NCBI GenBank assembly: GCA_038087875.1
Contig: CM075989.1
Location: 3,658,001-3,722,000 of the forward strand
Source: Malacoraja senta
Lineage: Eukaryota
Direction: 5' to 3'
DNA: 64,000 nt
In this document: positions 38,654 through 49,194 of the stretch, piece by piece
Layout: the number at the start of each line of letters is the position of its first letter
How positions within the stretch are numbered: position 1 is the first letter of the stretch
Program-made: the position numbers and the translations under genes
The notes under the pieces: model-generated
What the model saw: only the letters and a program-made list of their open reading frames with translations
What the model was told of the DNA's origin: nothing
Databases searched by the model: none

Positions 38654-39398
38654 TGTTAATCCTGGCCAAATTGGAGAGGCTAGGACCCTAAAAGTGAGTA
38701 AAGGCTTCCGGGCTGCTAGGCCATTTGGTCAATTTAAAAGTGCTTTCTGTAGAAATGGGACAAGCTGCAGAATGGTGCCAGTTGGTCTAGAGCCTAGATC
38801 AGAGCTGCAGGAAGAGAATGGGATCATCTGCAGACCCTGACAATTAGGTGCAAAATGCATAGAATGGATTGGATGAATGCAAACCAGATATACAAATTGT
38901 AAATAATGTTGCAAAACTTTACTTTGCTGAATGTTGATTGGATTAAGTATTGAGGCTTGTCTGGTTTACCATACCAGGGCACATGTTGCGATGTTTGTTT
39001 CCTCTGAGAAACACTGTTTGAATACAATGTATTAGCTACTGTATTATTGGGTTAGGGAAATGTCTGTCATTTATGGGGTTAATCGATATCTGTAATTGGA
39101 TTGTAAAAAGACCACCCCATGTGGTTCGGCCCCTCGAGGTCAGGGACCTATAAAAGTCCGCTGCCACGAGATCCTGTGTCGATCTTCTGGGAGAGCGCTT
39201 AGGACTACGTGACCTTCTGGAGGGTCTCTGTTTGAGTGAGGCCAATCAGGCAGATACAGGATCGAACCCTCAGTGGTTAGGTATAGTGGTGGAACTGTAA
39301 TTGTGTTTTGTCAAAATAAAGTTTAGATGCGCAAGTGCTTGATTCAGTGATTTTTGACTGAAACTAGACTGGGGGAAGGTTAGAACGAGCTATTTACA
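38654..39398 (+). mobile_element. 3' LTR (745 bp) of the ERV-like element
   Basis: Starts TGTTAAT after the PPT, ends ATTTACA; TATAAAA at 39149; AATAAA at 39315. Confidence 0.8.
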
Positions 39399-39556
39399 GA
39401 GGCAGGTTAGACAAAAATGCTGGAGTAACTCAACGGGACAGGCAGCATCTCTGGAGAGAAGGAATGGGGTGTTGATGTGCTTACTTTATAATTGAATCAG
39501 CGTGCTGGGTGCAGGAAAGATCGTCTGCACAATTCGGGTCGAGACCCTTCTTCAGA

Positions 39557-40160
39557 GAGGCAGGCTGTTGTGCTGGCACCATTTGGTCAGTCGATCGATC
39601 TCACTTCTATACTCTGACTCATCTTCATCTGTAATGATGTTGTCGTCTGTGAACTTGAGGATGGAGTTTACACTTTGTCCGGCTACAGTCATGAGTAAAG
39701 AGTGAGGAGCAGGGGGCTGAGCACACATCCTTGAGGTGCTCCCGTACTGATGGGTTATTGAGCAAGAGGTGTTGCTGCCAATTCAAACAAATTGTGGTCT
39801 TTTGACGAGGAAGTCGAGGATCCATTTGCAGAGAGTTGCGCAGAGACCCAGTTTTACGAGCTCGATAACTAGCTTGGAGGAGGTGATGGTATTGAACGCC
39901 AAGCTGTAATCTATAAACAAGTCTGACATATGTGTTTTCATTGTCCAAGTGGTCCAGTGCAGAGTGGAGAGCCAGTGAGATTGCATCCTCTGTTGACCTG
40001 TTGTGGTGGTAGGCAAATTATAATGGGTCGAGGTCCTTGTGGAGGTCGGAGTTGATATGCGCCATAACCAACATCTCAAAGCACTTTATTACCACAGACG
40101 TTAGTGCCACCAGTCGAAAGTCAATGAGGCTCATCACCTTACTCTTGCTCTACCAGCTGT
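39557..40160 (-). mobile_element. Rex1/Babar-clade LINE RT fragment
   Basis: Minus: [36 protein letters not shown] / FIDYSLAFNTITSSKL...CKWILDFL. Confidence 0.8.
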
Positions 40161-40299
40161 GGCACCCTAAATCTTTGTACAATTACATTGTATTAAACAA
40201 TGTAACACACAGCCTTTAGAATTGTTTGCTTGCAGTAACAAAACTAAAATTGTAGCTATTAATATGACCGTTCTGAAAATCCTGCAGTAGAATTAACTT

Positions 40300-41160
40300 T
40301 GATCAAGTTCAAGTTCACATTTATTGTCACATGCACCAATTGGAACAGTTAAATTTGAGTTACCATACAGCCATAAGAATAAAAAGAACACAATACACAA
40401 TAGAGTTTAACATAAACATCCACCACATTGGAATCAACGTTTCACACTGTGATGGAAGGCAATAAAGTTCAGTCATCTTCCTCTTTGTTCACCCGTGGTC
40501 GGGACCTTTGAACCCTCCACAGTCGCCGCTACGGACGGCCCGATGTACAGGCCCTCTCGCCGGGATGATCGAAACTCCGGCGTCGGAATGGAGGAACACA
40601 CTCTGCAGCTTGGAGTTTCAAAATCGGCCACATCCTACCAGAGACCCTGGCTTCCGAAGTCCACAGGCTAAGCTGGACGGAGCTCCAACACTGGCGATCC
40701 TCGGCAAAAGTTCTCAGGCCTCCGCGATGTTAAAGTCAGCGCCGCACCCCCGGCTAGAAGCTCCGCAAACTACAGCTCCATGAAGTTAAAGTCAGCAGGC
40801 CCCGCTGGACAGAGCTCCAACACTGGCGATCCCCGGCAAGGGATCGCCCCGCTCTGCGATGCTAATTCAGCGCTGCACCTACTGCTGAAGCTCTGGGCCG
40901 GTCTCCGGTAGGAAAGGCCGCATCAATCCAGTTGGTAGGCCGTGAAGGGGAGGGGAGCGAAGATGCTACACAGAGAAAAGACGCATCTCCGTCCAGGTAA
41001 GTGACTGAAAAACGGTTTCCCCCTATTCCCCTCCACCACCCCCACATAAGGCATACTAAGAAACATTAAAACATACATTTAGACACACTAAAAATAACAA
41101 AAAGAGTGAAAGGACTAACGAGCTGCTGGCGTGGCAGCCACTGAGGTGGCGCCACCCGAT
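40300..41160 (-). mobile_element. Unclassified GC-rich retroposon with LINE-like tail and internal ~128-bp direct repeat
   Basis: Tail aagttcaagttcacatttattgtcac on + strand; gctggac.gagctccaacactggcgatcc repeated at ~40672 and ~40804. Confidence 0.5.
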
Positions 41161-41394
41161 GGAGATCTGGGAGTTATTGGGACTCTGAAACTCTGCAGCT
41201 CCTAATTCATCTTCCCCATTGATACAATTGTTTTTATAACACAATTTTCCATAACACAAGGTTTCTTAGGATCATAACAATCGTGTTATAGCAGAACTCT
41301 CTGAATTTCATGACTCATTTTTGGGGGGCACAGTGGCATCAAGCTTTCTCAATGTAGAGGGATTGGACGTCCATTGTATAGATAAGGCTAACCA

Positions 41395-41960
41395 TTTTCC
41401 TCCCCTTCCCATTTCCATACTGATCTTGCTGCCCTGTGGCTCCTCCATTGCCAGAGTGAGGTCACACACAATCTAGAGGAACAGCGCCTTGGGCCGCTTG
41501 CAACCCAGCGGTATGAAAGTTGAATTCTCCAATTTTAGGTAACTTCTTCCCTCCTTCCCCCTCTCCTTTGTCCCACCCCACTGAACCCTGGCTGAGCTTA
41601 TGAGCTTACACTGGTTTCTCCCCTCCCTCTCCACCAACATTCCTTCCTCTGGCTTCACAATTCACAACTTTTTTATAATCGAGCGTCACAATTCACAACT
41701 TTTTATTCTTATGGGTCAGATCTGTTTTATCATCTCTGGCCTTTGTCCTACAATCTGCCTCTCAAAAACCCTCTCGTCTGTGCCCACCTATTACCGTCAA
41801 CTGTGTCCTGTCCCCCCTCTCTTCCAGCTTTCTTTCTCCCCCCCACAACCAAAACATCACCTGTCCATGTTTTCCAGAGATGCTGCCTGACCTGATGAGT
41901 TACACCAGCATTTTGTGTCGTTTTATTGTAAACCAGCATCTGCAGTTCCTCATTTCTAGA
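41395..41960 (+). mobile_element. Penelope-like element 3' fragment (GIY-YIG C-terminus + pLTR)
   Basis: ctccattgccagagtgag...caacccagcggtatgaa matches 51280-51390; ends ccagagatgctgcctgacc...catctgcagttcc. Confidence 0.7.
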
Positions 41961-42837
41961 TTTTAAAATGACAGTTCTCTCCGTTTGTATTCCATTCCCC
42001 TTACCCCCAGCTCTAATTTCACATTGTGCATCCCGTATTCTGCCTGGAATAAATCTCTAACAGGTTTGACTGCTGCAGTCTTTCAATTTCACCCTTCGTT
42101 GTCCCATGGCAATACATTAAGAGAAACCATGCAGGTTCCACTTCATATTAGGTTTGGGACTTGGAATTTCAGGATCCCCACAAATAATCCCAACAATTAT
42201 AGATCTGAACACTACCCTCAACTCGTAGTAGAAGATGGAAATGTGGTGACTTGCATGCTGTCTCAGTGTAATCTACTAGTCTTACACGCTTGTACACAAG
42301 TATGATCGTGCCTATGTATAGTAACATTTTTACTGAACTGTATGCATAAGAAAAGGAACTTCACTGTGCCGAGGTACTCGTGACCATAAAGTACCATTGT
42401 GACAAGATATATGGCATATTTGAGATTGGCATTGACCTAATGAGTGTGCCATGACAGGCAGTTGATTTGTATGTTCTTCCTGTGACCACGTGGGTTTTCT
42501 CTGGGTGCTCTAGTTTCCTTCCACATTGCAAAGACATACAATTTTGTAGAATAATTGGCTTCGATAAAATTGTCCCTACTGTGTAGGATAGAACTGGTGA
42601 TAGCTGGTCAGCGCGGACTCGGTGGGCCGAAGGGCATGTTTCCGCGCTGTATCTCTAAAATCTAAAGACGCTAAGAGTAACTCAGAGGGTCAGGCAGCAT
42701 CTCTTGGTTTTGGGTCGAGATCTTGCTTCTAATTGATTGTTGAGGGGGGAGGTGGGGGGGGGGGGGAACTAGAAGAAAGGGGGGCAGAAGAAAGCCAACA
42801 GGTCAATACAGCTGAGGAGGGTTATTTGATCTCAGCA

Positions 42838-43770
42838 ATTGAGTAAGCTAACCTATGATCAGCGTTTGACGGCACTGGGCCTGTACTCACTGGAGTTTAG
42901 AAGAATGAGGGGGAACCTCATTGAAACTTACAGAATAGTGAAAGGCTTGGATAGAGTGGATGTGGAGAGGATGTTTCCACTAGTGGGAGAGTTTAGTACC
43001 AGAGAATTAAAGGATGTTCTTTTAGGAAGGAGATGAGGAGGAATTTCTTTAGTCAGAGGGTGGTGAATCTGTGGAATTCTAGACTTTCTTCTGGAGTTGT
43101 ATAGGGCTCTAGTGAGACCACATCTGGAGTATTATGTACAGTTTTGGTCTCCTAATTTGAGGAAGGACATACTTGTGATTGAGGCAGTGCAGCGTAGGTT
43201 CACGAGATGATCCCTGGGATGGCGGGACTGTCATATGAGGAAAGATTGAAAAGACTAGGCTTGTATTCACTGGAGTTTAGAAGATGAGGGGATCTTATAG
43301 AAACATATAAAATTATAAAGGACTGGACAAGCTAGATGCAGGAAAAATGTTCCCAATGTTGGACGAGTCCAGAACCAGGGGCCACAGTCTTAGAATAAAG
43401 GGGAGGTCATTTAAGACTGAGGTGAGAAAAAACTTTTTCACCCAGAGAGTTGTGAATTTGTGAATTCCCTGTCACAGAGGGCAGTGGAGGCCAAGTCACT
43501 GGATGGATTTAAGAGAGAGTAGATAGAGCTCTAGGGCTAGTGGAGTCAAGGATATGGGGAGAAGGCAGGCACGGGTTATTGATTGGGGACGATCAGCCAT
43601 GATCACAATGAATGTCGGTGCTGGCTCGAAGGGCCGAATGGCCTCCTCCTGCACCTATTTTCTATGTTTCTAAGACAGGAGAATGGGTTAGGAGGGAGAG
43701 ATAGATCAGCCATGATTGAATGGACGAGTAGACTTGATGGGCCGAACGGCCTCATTCTGCTCCTATCACT
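42838..43770 (+). mobile_element. Two nested CR1 LINE 3' fragments
   Basis: [36 protein letters not shown]1 3' UTR stem-loops at 43590-43670 and 43700-43770. Confidence 0.85.
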
Positions 43771-43979
43771 TGTGATATTTTGAATTTATGATAGGCAGAT
43801 CGGGGCAAAGGCCAGAGATGAAAGAATGAAGGTGTGAGACAAAGGGAGAGAAGAGTTTCGAAATTATGAAGCTCGAGGAAGGAATGCAGGTGGAAGGGGA
43901 GCGGATGGGAGAAGTAGGTGGGGTGAGGGGTTTGGTAGTTACCGAAAACTGGAAGCGGGTACAGCTTCTTTTAGAAGGA

Positions 43980-44310
43980 ACGCAGTGATCCGCCCCTCCC
44001 TCCATCCCTCCCTCCCTCCCTCCCTCCATCAGCCCAGATTCTCCGCCTCTTCCGTCGCGGGGCCTGATGTGTTTCCGCGGCGCCGGCAGCAGGGCCCGCC
44101 CGCCTTGCTTGCCTTGCCTTGCCTTACCTTGCCTCTGACTGTCCCGACCCCGACCCGGATTGCGGCCTCTCCCCGCGGACACCCCCGCCTCTCCCGGTCA
44201 GTCGTGTTTGCACCGAGTGCTCGGCGTCTCCGGGTCTCTCCGCGGCGGCCTCGCGTAGCGTAGCGTAGCGGGAAGGTAGCGTAGCGTAGCGGCCCGCTCC
44301 CTCCATCCCC
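43980..44310 (+). promoter_or_regulatory. CpG island promoter and probable non-coding exon 1 of KIF7
   Basis: Dense CpG, GC box ccgccc (~43989), ETS-like cttccg; candidate donor ccg|gtcagt at 44196/44197; about 2 kb upstream of the first coding exon. Confidence 0.65.
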
Positions 44311-44329
44311 CGGCTCCATCGCCCCATCT

Positions 44330-45020
44330 CCCTCCTCCAGCTCTCCCCCCCCTCTCTCTTTCTCCCCCCAACTCCTACCCTCTCTCTCCCCTCACCCCCT
44401 CCCCCCTCCCTCTCTGTCCCCCCCGCCCCCCTCTCTGTCCCCTCCCCCCCTCTCTGTCTCTCCCCCTCCCCCCTCTCTTTCTCTCCCCCCTCCCTCTTTC
44501 TCTCTCCCCCTCCCCCCCTCTCTTTCTCTCCCCTCCCCCCTCTCTTTCTCTCCCCCCTCTCTTTCTCTCCCCCCCCCTCTCTTTCTCCCCCCTCCCCCCT
44601 CTCTTTCTCCCCCCCTCCCCCCTCTCTTTCTCCCCCCCTCCCCCTCTCTTTCTCTCCCCCTCCCCCCCTCTCTTTCTCTCCCCCTCCCCCCCTCTCTTTC
44701 TCTCCCCCTCCCCCTCTCTCCTCCCCTCTCTCTCTCTCCCTCCCCCTCTCTCTCCCTCCCTCTCTCTCTCTCTCCCCCAACTCTTACCCCCTCTCTCTCC
44801 CCCTCTCTCTCTCTGTCCCCAACTCTTACCCCCTCTCTCTCACTCCCCCAACTCTTACCCCCTCTCTCTCTCCCCCCAACTCTTACCCCCTCTCTCTCTC
44901 TCTCTCTCCCCCCAACTCTTACCCCCTCTCTCGTCCCCCAACTATTACCCCTCTCTCTCCCCCAACTCTTACCCCCTCTCTCTCTCTCTCTCCCCCAACT
45001 CCTACCCTCTCTCTCTCTCT

Positions 45021-45061
<41 letters not shown>

Positions 45062-45212
45062 CCAACTCTTACCCCCTTCTCCCCCCCTCTCTCTCTCTGT
45101 CCCCCAACTCTTACCCCCTCTCTCTCTCTCCCCCTCCCCCCCCCAACTCTCTCCCCCTCCCCCCCCAACTCTCCCCTCCCCCCTCCCTGCCCTCCAGCTA
45201 CCCCCCTCCCCT
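44330..45212. repeat. About 880-bp polypyrimidine/CT-rich tract with ccccaactcttaccccct(ct)n subunits
   Basis: Almost only C/T on + strand. Confidence 0.95.
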
Positions 45213-45389
45213 CATTGTTGATGAAAAGCCCAGAACTTTCAGCAGAGGAATAAAGCGTGGTTTTAGAATGATTTCTCACAGTGACAAAAAGTTGAAGTGA
45301 AATAGTTCACATTCGGTAATTTTTCACAATGTGTGTCTGCCTATGACAATTAATTGCATTGTGTTTGTTTGTACCTTCATTAATATTTC

Positions 45390-45691
45390 AGGGGTGGCAC
45401 AGTGTTACAGCAGTAGAGTTGCTTCCTTACAGCGCTAGAGACCCGGAGTTGATCTTGACTACAGGTGTTGTTTATACAGAGTTTGTACGTTCTCCCTGTG
45501 ACCGAGTGGGTTTTCTCCGGGTGCTCCAGTTGCCTCCCACAGTTCAAAGACATACAAGTTTGTATGTTAATTGGCTTCTGTACATTGACCGTATTGCGTA
45601 GGATAGAACTAGTGTGCGGGGATCGCTGGTCGGCGCAAACCGGTGGACCAAAGGGCCTGTTTCATGCTGTATCTCTAAACTAAACTAAACT
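45390..45691 (+). mobile_element. HE1/V-SINE-type SINE, full length
   Basis: tRNA-like head, V-domain, (ctaaa)n tail. Confidence 0.85.
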
Positions 45692-45902
45692 CATTGGAAT
45701 TTAATGAGATTATAATATAATTTGACCCAGTGAGATCATTGAATTTGGTTTGGTGGAATAATCATTACATTTTAACTACTATTTCCTATTTGCATCAGAA
45801 GTACTGTCACTTAAGTTAGATCTGCTGACATCCCACGTCTCTGTCAAATCTTAGTGGTAAGCATAAAGGCAGAAGGTAGTTATTTTCGTTAAAGACTATG
45901 TT

Positions 45903-46155
45903 GTTTAGTTTGGCGATCCGGTGCGGAAACAGGCCCTTCGGCCACCGAGTCCATGCCGACCAGCAATCCACTAGCACAAAAGCTATCCACTATCGACCAA
46001 AGCTAAATTAACCTCCAAACCTGGGTGTGGGGGAAAACTGGAGCACCCGGGCAAAACCCGCACAGTCACAGGGAGATCATACAAACTCTGTACAGACAGC
46101 ACTTGTAGTCACTATTGAATCCAGGTCTCTAGCGCTGTAAGGCAACACCTCTACT
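45903..46155 (-). mobile_element. HE1/V-SINE-type SINE
   Basis: gcggaaacaggcccttcgg...gtcacagggagatcatacaaactc. Confidence 0.75.
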
Positions 46156-46306
46156 ACTGCAATACCGTGCAGCCCCTGGTATGCTGTAGTCTTTATTAAG
46201 TTCTGAAGATGATGCCAAATACCTTTTGGTTCACCCTCGAGCTATAATTTGTCAACAGTGTGTTAAATTCTATGTTATGGAAGACAATGTTCACTCTCTT
46301 CCACAG

Positions 46307-46710
46307 GGCGCCAGCTCAATATTGTCAGGGATTTGGTTGTTCGGAGAGTTCACCGCTTGAAGGGACAGCTTTGGGCTGCAGACATGCCTCCAAATCGAGT
46401 GGCTCCACAAAGACTGAAGAAGCCGCAGTGAAGGTGGCCGTTCGGGTGAGACAGCTGCTGCCCAAGGAGCTACTCCACAGACATCGGTCCTGTGTCCATG
46501 TTGACCTCGACACGCAGCAGCTTACCCTGGGGCATAACCGACATTTTCACTTTGATGTGATCTTTGACCAGAATTCCACCCAGGAGACGTGTATACAAGC
46601 TGCGTGGAGCCGCTTGTGACAGCTTTTTTTGTGGGGTTTCAATGCCACAGTGTTTGCCTATGGACAGACTGGATCAGGCAAAACCTACACCATTGGGGGA
46701 TCGTACATAT
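46307..46710 (+). CDS. KIF7: KIF7 first coding exon (5' UTR part + motor N-terminus with P-loop); three single-base indels as assembled; likely ATG 46384
   Basis: Acceptor ccacag|46307, donor |gtaagt 46711; [20 protein letters not shown]...[41 protein letters not shown] match KIF7. Confidence 0.88.
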
Positions 46711-47004
46711 GTAAGTGAAGTAGGAGTCAGCTCTTTGACATTGACAGCAGTTCTCCACTAAAAATGGTCTTGTTTGTTTGCATGCAAGAGGCTGAGCCAC
46801 ACAGATTGAAAGGGTGCTAAATTTGAACTTCACTTGCTCCTATTATTTCGCTGAAATGGTTTTACAGGATTTATTTTAATGCTAGAGATAGGGAGAAGTC
46901 CGTCAAAATTCTTGCTGTCCATTACAAACCAGCTTGTTCCATGTCAGAAAATGATTGTGGTCAATATTTATCGCTCAGTCACCACCAAAGAAATTCTGAA
47001 AATC

Positions 47005-47294
47005 AGTGGTGCAGCGGTAGAATTGCTGCCTTACCCAGCGCCAGAGAACCGTGTTCGATCCTGACTACGGGTGCTGTTGGTACGGAGTTCGTACATTCTC
47101 CCCGTGACCTCCGTAGGTTATCCCCAGGTGCTCCGGTTTCCTCCCACACTCCAAAGATGTAGAGGTTTGTAGGTTAATTGGTTTTGGTAAAATTGTCTCT
47201 TGCGTGTGTAGGATAGTGTTAGTGTATGGGGATCGTTGGTCGGCATGGACTCGGTGGGCCGAAGGGCTTGTTTCTCTAAACTAAAAAACTAAAT
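47005..47294 (+). mobile_element. HE1/V-SINE-type SINE
   Basis: Head, V-domain and (ctaaa)n tail. Confidence 0.8.
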
Positions 47295-47444
47295 CTGGCA
47301 ATAATGTTTGGACTTTTAGAACTTGTCTGTTGTACAACATTATTGCCATACAACTTGGGCATTTCTTTATCTGCCAAAGATATTCTTTATCTTTGTCTGT
47401 TGTTATGGCAACAAAATGAGATAAGATGCCTTTCTTTACTTCAA

Positions 47445-47757
47445 GGGCACGATGGCGCAGCTGACAGCTGCTGCCTCACAGCGTCAGATACACAGGTTCG
47501 ATCATGCCCTCGAATGCTGTCTCTGTGGAGTTTGCACGTTCTCCCTGTGACCGTGTGGTTTTCCTCCAGGTGCTCCACTTTCCTCCCACATCTCAAAGAC
47601 GTGAAGGTTTATACGTTAATTAACCTCTCTAAATTGCCCCTGACGTGTAGGGAGTGGATGAGAAAGTGGTATAACGTAGAACTAGCGTGAATGAGGTGAT
47701 CAGTGGTTGGCGTGGATCCAATGAGCCTGTTTCCCTCTATCTCTAAATTATACTAAA
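47445..47757 (+). mobile_element. HE1/V-SINE-type SINE (second subfamily)
   Basis: ggcacgatggcgcagc...ggagtttgcacgttctccctgtgacc...tctctaaa. Confidence 0.75.
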
Positions 47758-48532
47758 TCAGCATTGCACCTCTGGTTCATTGGTTTTAAATTGCAATATG
47801 CCCATTCAAGAGCTATTTTAATACCACAATGTGACCTTTACACAAGTTAAACTAGCTACTATTCTAAATAAACCCATGAAAATATGTGTACTGTTTCGAT
47901 GTAAAGAGTCAGTTGTAGCCGTAGGAAAGAAAAGATAACCATTGTTGGCCATCCCAACGAAGGGGAATCTCTCACGCTTTATATTTCATATTGAAAATAA
48001 ATTGCTTGTATTTGTAGAATCCGGGCAAATATTTAATCTGGGTAGTGATTGATGGAAGACTTTGTTGAAGTTTTGTGAATTCCAAAGAGTTTGTCGGTCC
48101 AACATATTGACAGAGCTCAAAGGAGACATTTGCGAAACCAAGCACAGCCGATGACTTCCACTGCAGCAGCAAGAGAGCCATATAACGTGGAAGCTGGCCC
48201 TTCGACCCAACTCATTCCATGCTGTATCTCCAAACTAAAATAAGCTAAACCAGACTGCAGCTACCTACTCTGTTGTTGGTCATTGGCTGCACTGAGCGGG
48301 TTTTCTCTTTGGCAGCACCTTTCAGTTTTATTCCATGTTGAAGGTCGTGCCAAATTGTCAACTTTATATCAGGCCGTGATCCTCTGTTTTCTGCAGTACA
48401 GACCTGAAATTCTTGTTTGCTCCATATTCTTGTTTGTTTCACGGGCAAGTGAAACTATTCTCAGATAAGAATTGAAGCACTGCATGTAAATAAGGTGTAC
48501 AGTGCTAAATAGTTTGACTTCATAATTCATGT

Positions 48533-49070
48533 TCATAAGTAATAGAAGCTGAATTAGGCCATTCGGCCCATCAAGTCTACTCTGCCAATCAATCTTGACT
48601 GATCTATGGTTCCCTCTCAACCCCATTCTCCTGCCTTCTCCCCATAACCGCTGACACCCATACTAATCAAGAATCTGTCAATCTCCACCTTAAAAATATC
48701 AATTGACGGCCTCCACAGCCTTCTGTGACAAAGAATTCCACAGATTTGCCACCCTCCGGCTAAAGAAATTCCTCCTCATCTCTTTCCTAACAGAATGTCT
48801 TTTTATTCTGCGGCTATGGCCTCTGGTCCTAGACTCACCCACTAGTGGTAAATCCTCTCCATATCCACTCTACCCAGGCCTTTCGCTATTGGGTAAGTTT
48901 CAACGAGGACCCCCCCCCCCCCCCCCATCCTTCTGAACTGCAGCAAGGACAGGCCCAGTGCCGTCAAACACTCACCATATGTTAACCCACTGATTCCTGG
49001 GATCATTCTTGTAAACCTCCTCTGGACCCGCCAACGCCAGCACATCCTTCCTCAGATGTGGGGCTGAAAA
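48533..49070 (-). mobile_element. CR1 LINE 3' fragment
   Basis: VQRRFTRMIPG...GLGRVDMER on the minus strand plus 3' UTR. Confidence 0.8.
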
Positions 49071-49194
49071 ACTGTTCACTATTTTGCTCACAACTTAATT
49101 TATTCTTCCATGGTATCTGGACACCGTTGGCTAGACTGGCTATCACTCTCTGGCCTCTGAATCGAGCAGAGGAGGATTTCTGTGGGATCACCTG

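Larger units (their letters stand above)
28619..39398 (+). mobile_element. Endogenous retrovirus-like LTR element: long leader, degenerate gag, no pol/env seen, PPT and 3' LTR; interrupted by L1 and Rex inserts
   Basis: MGNSIE myristoylation-type start, CCHC knuckles, PPT aaaaggaaggaa (38642-38653) directly before a TG...CA LTR. Confidence 0.75.

Noticed and set aside
44124..45279. 218-aa and 295-aa G/E/R-rich ORFs
   Set aside because: Products of the stop-free CT/GA low-complexity tract
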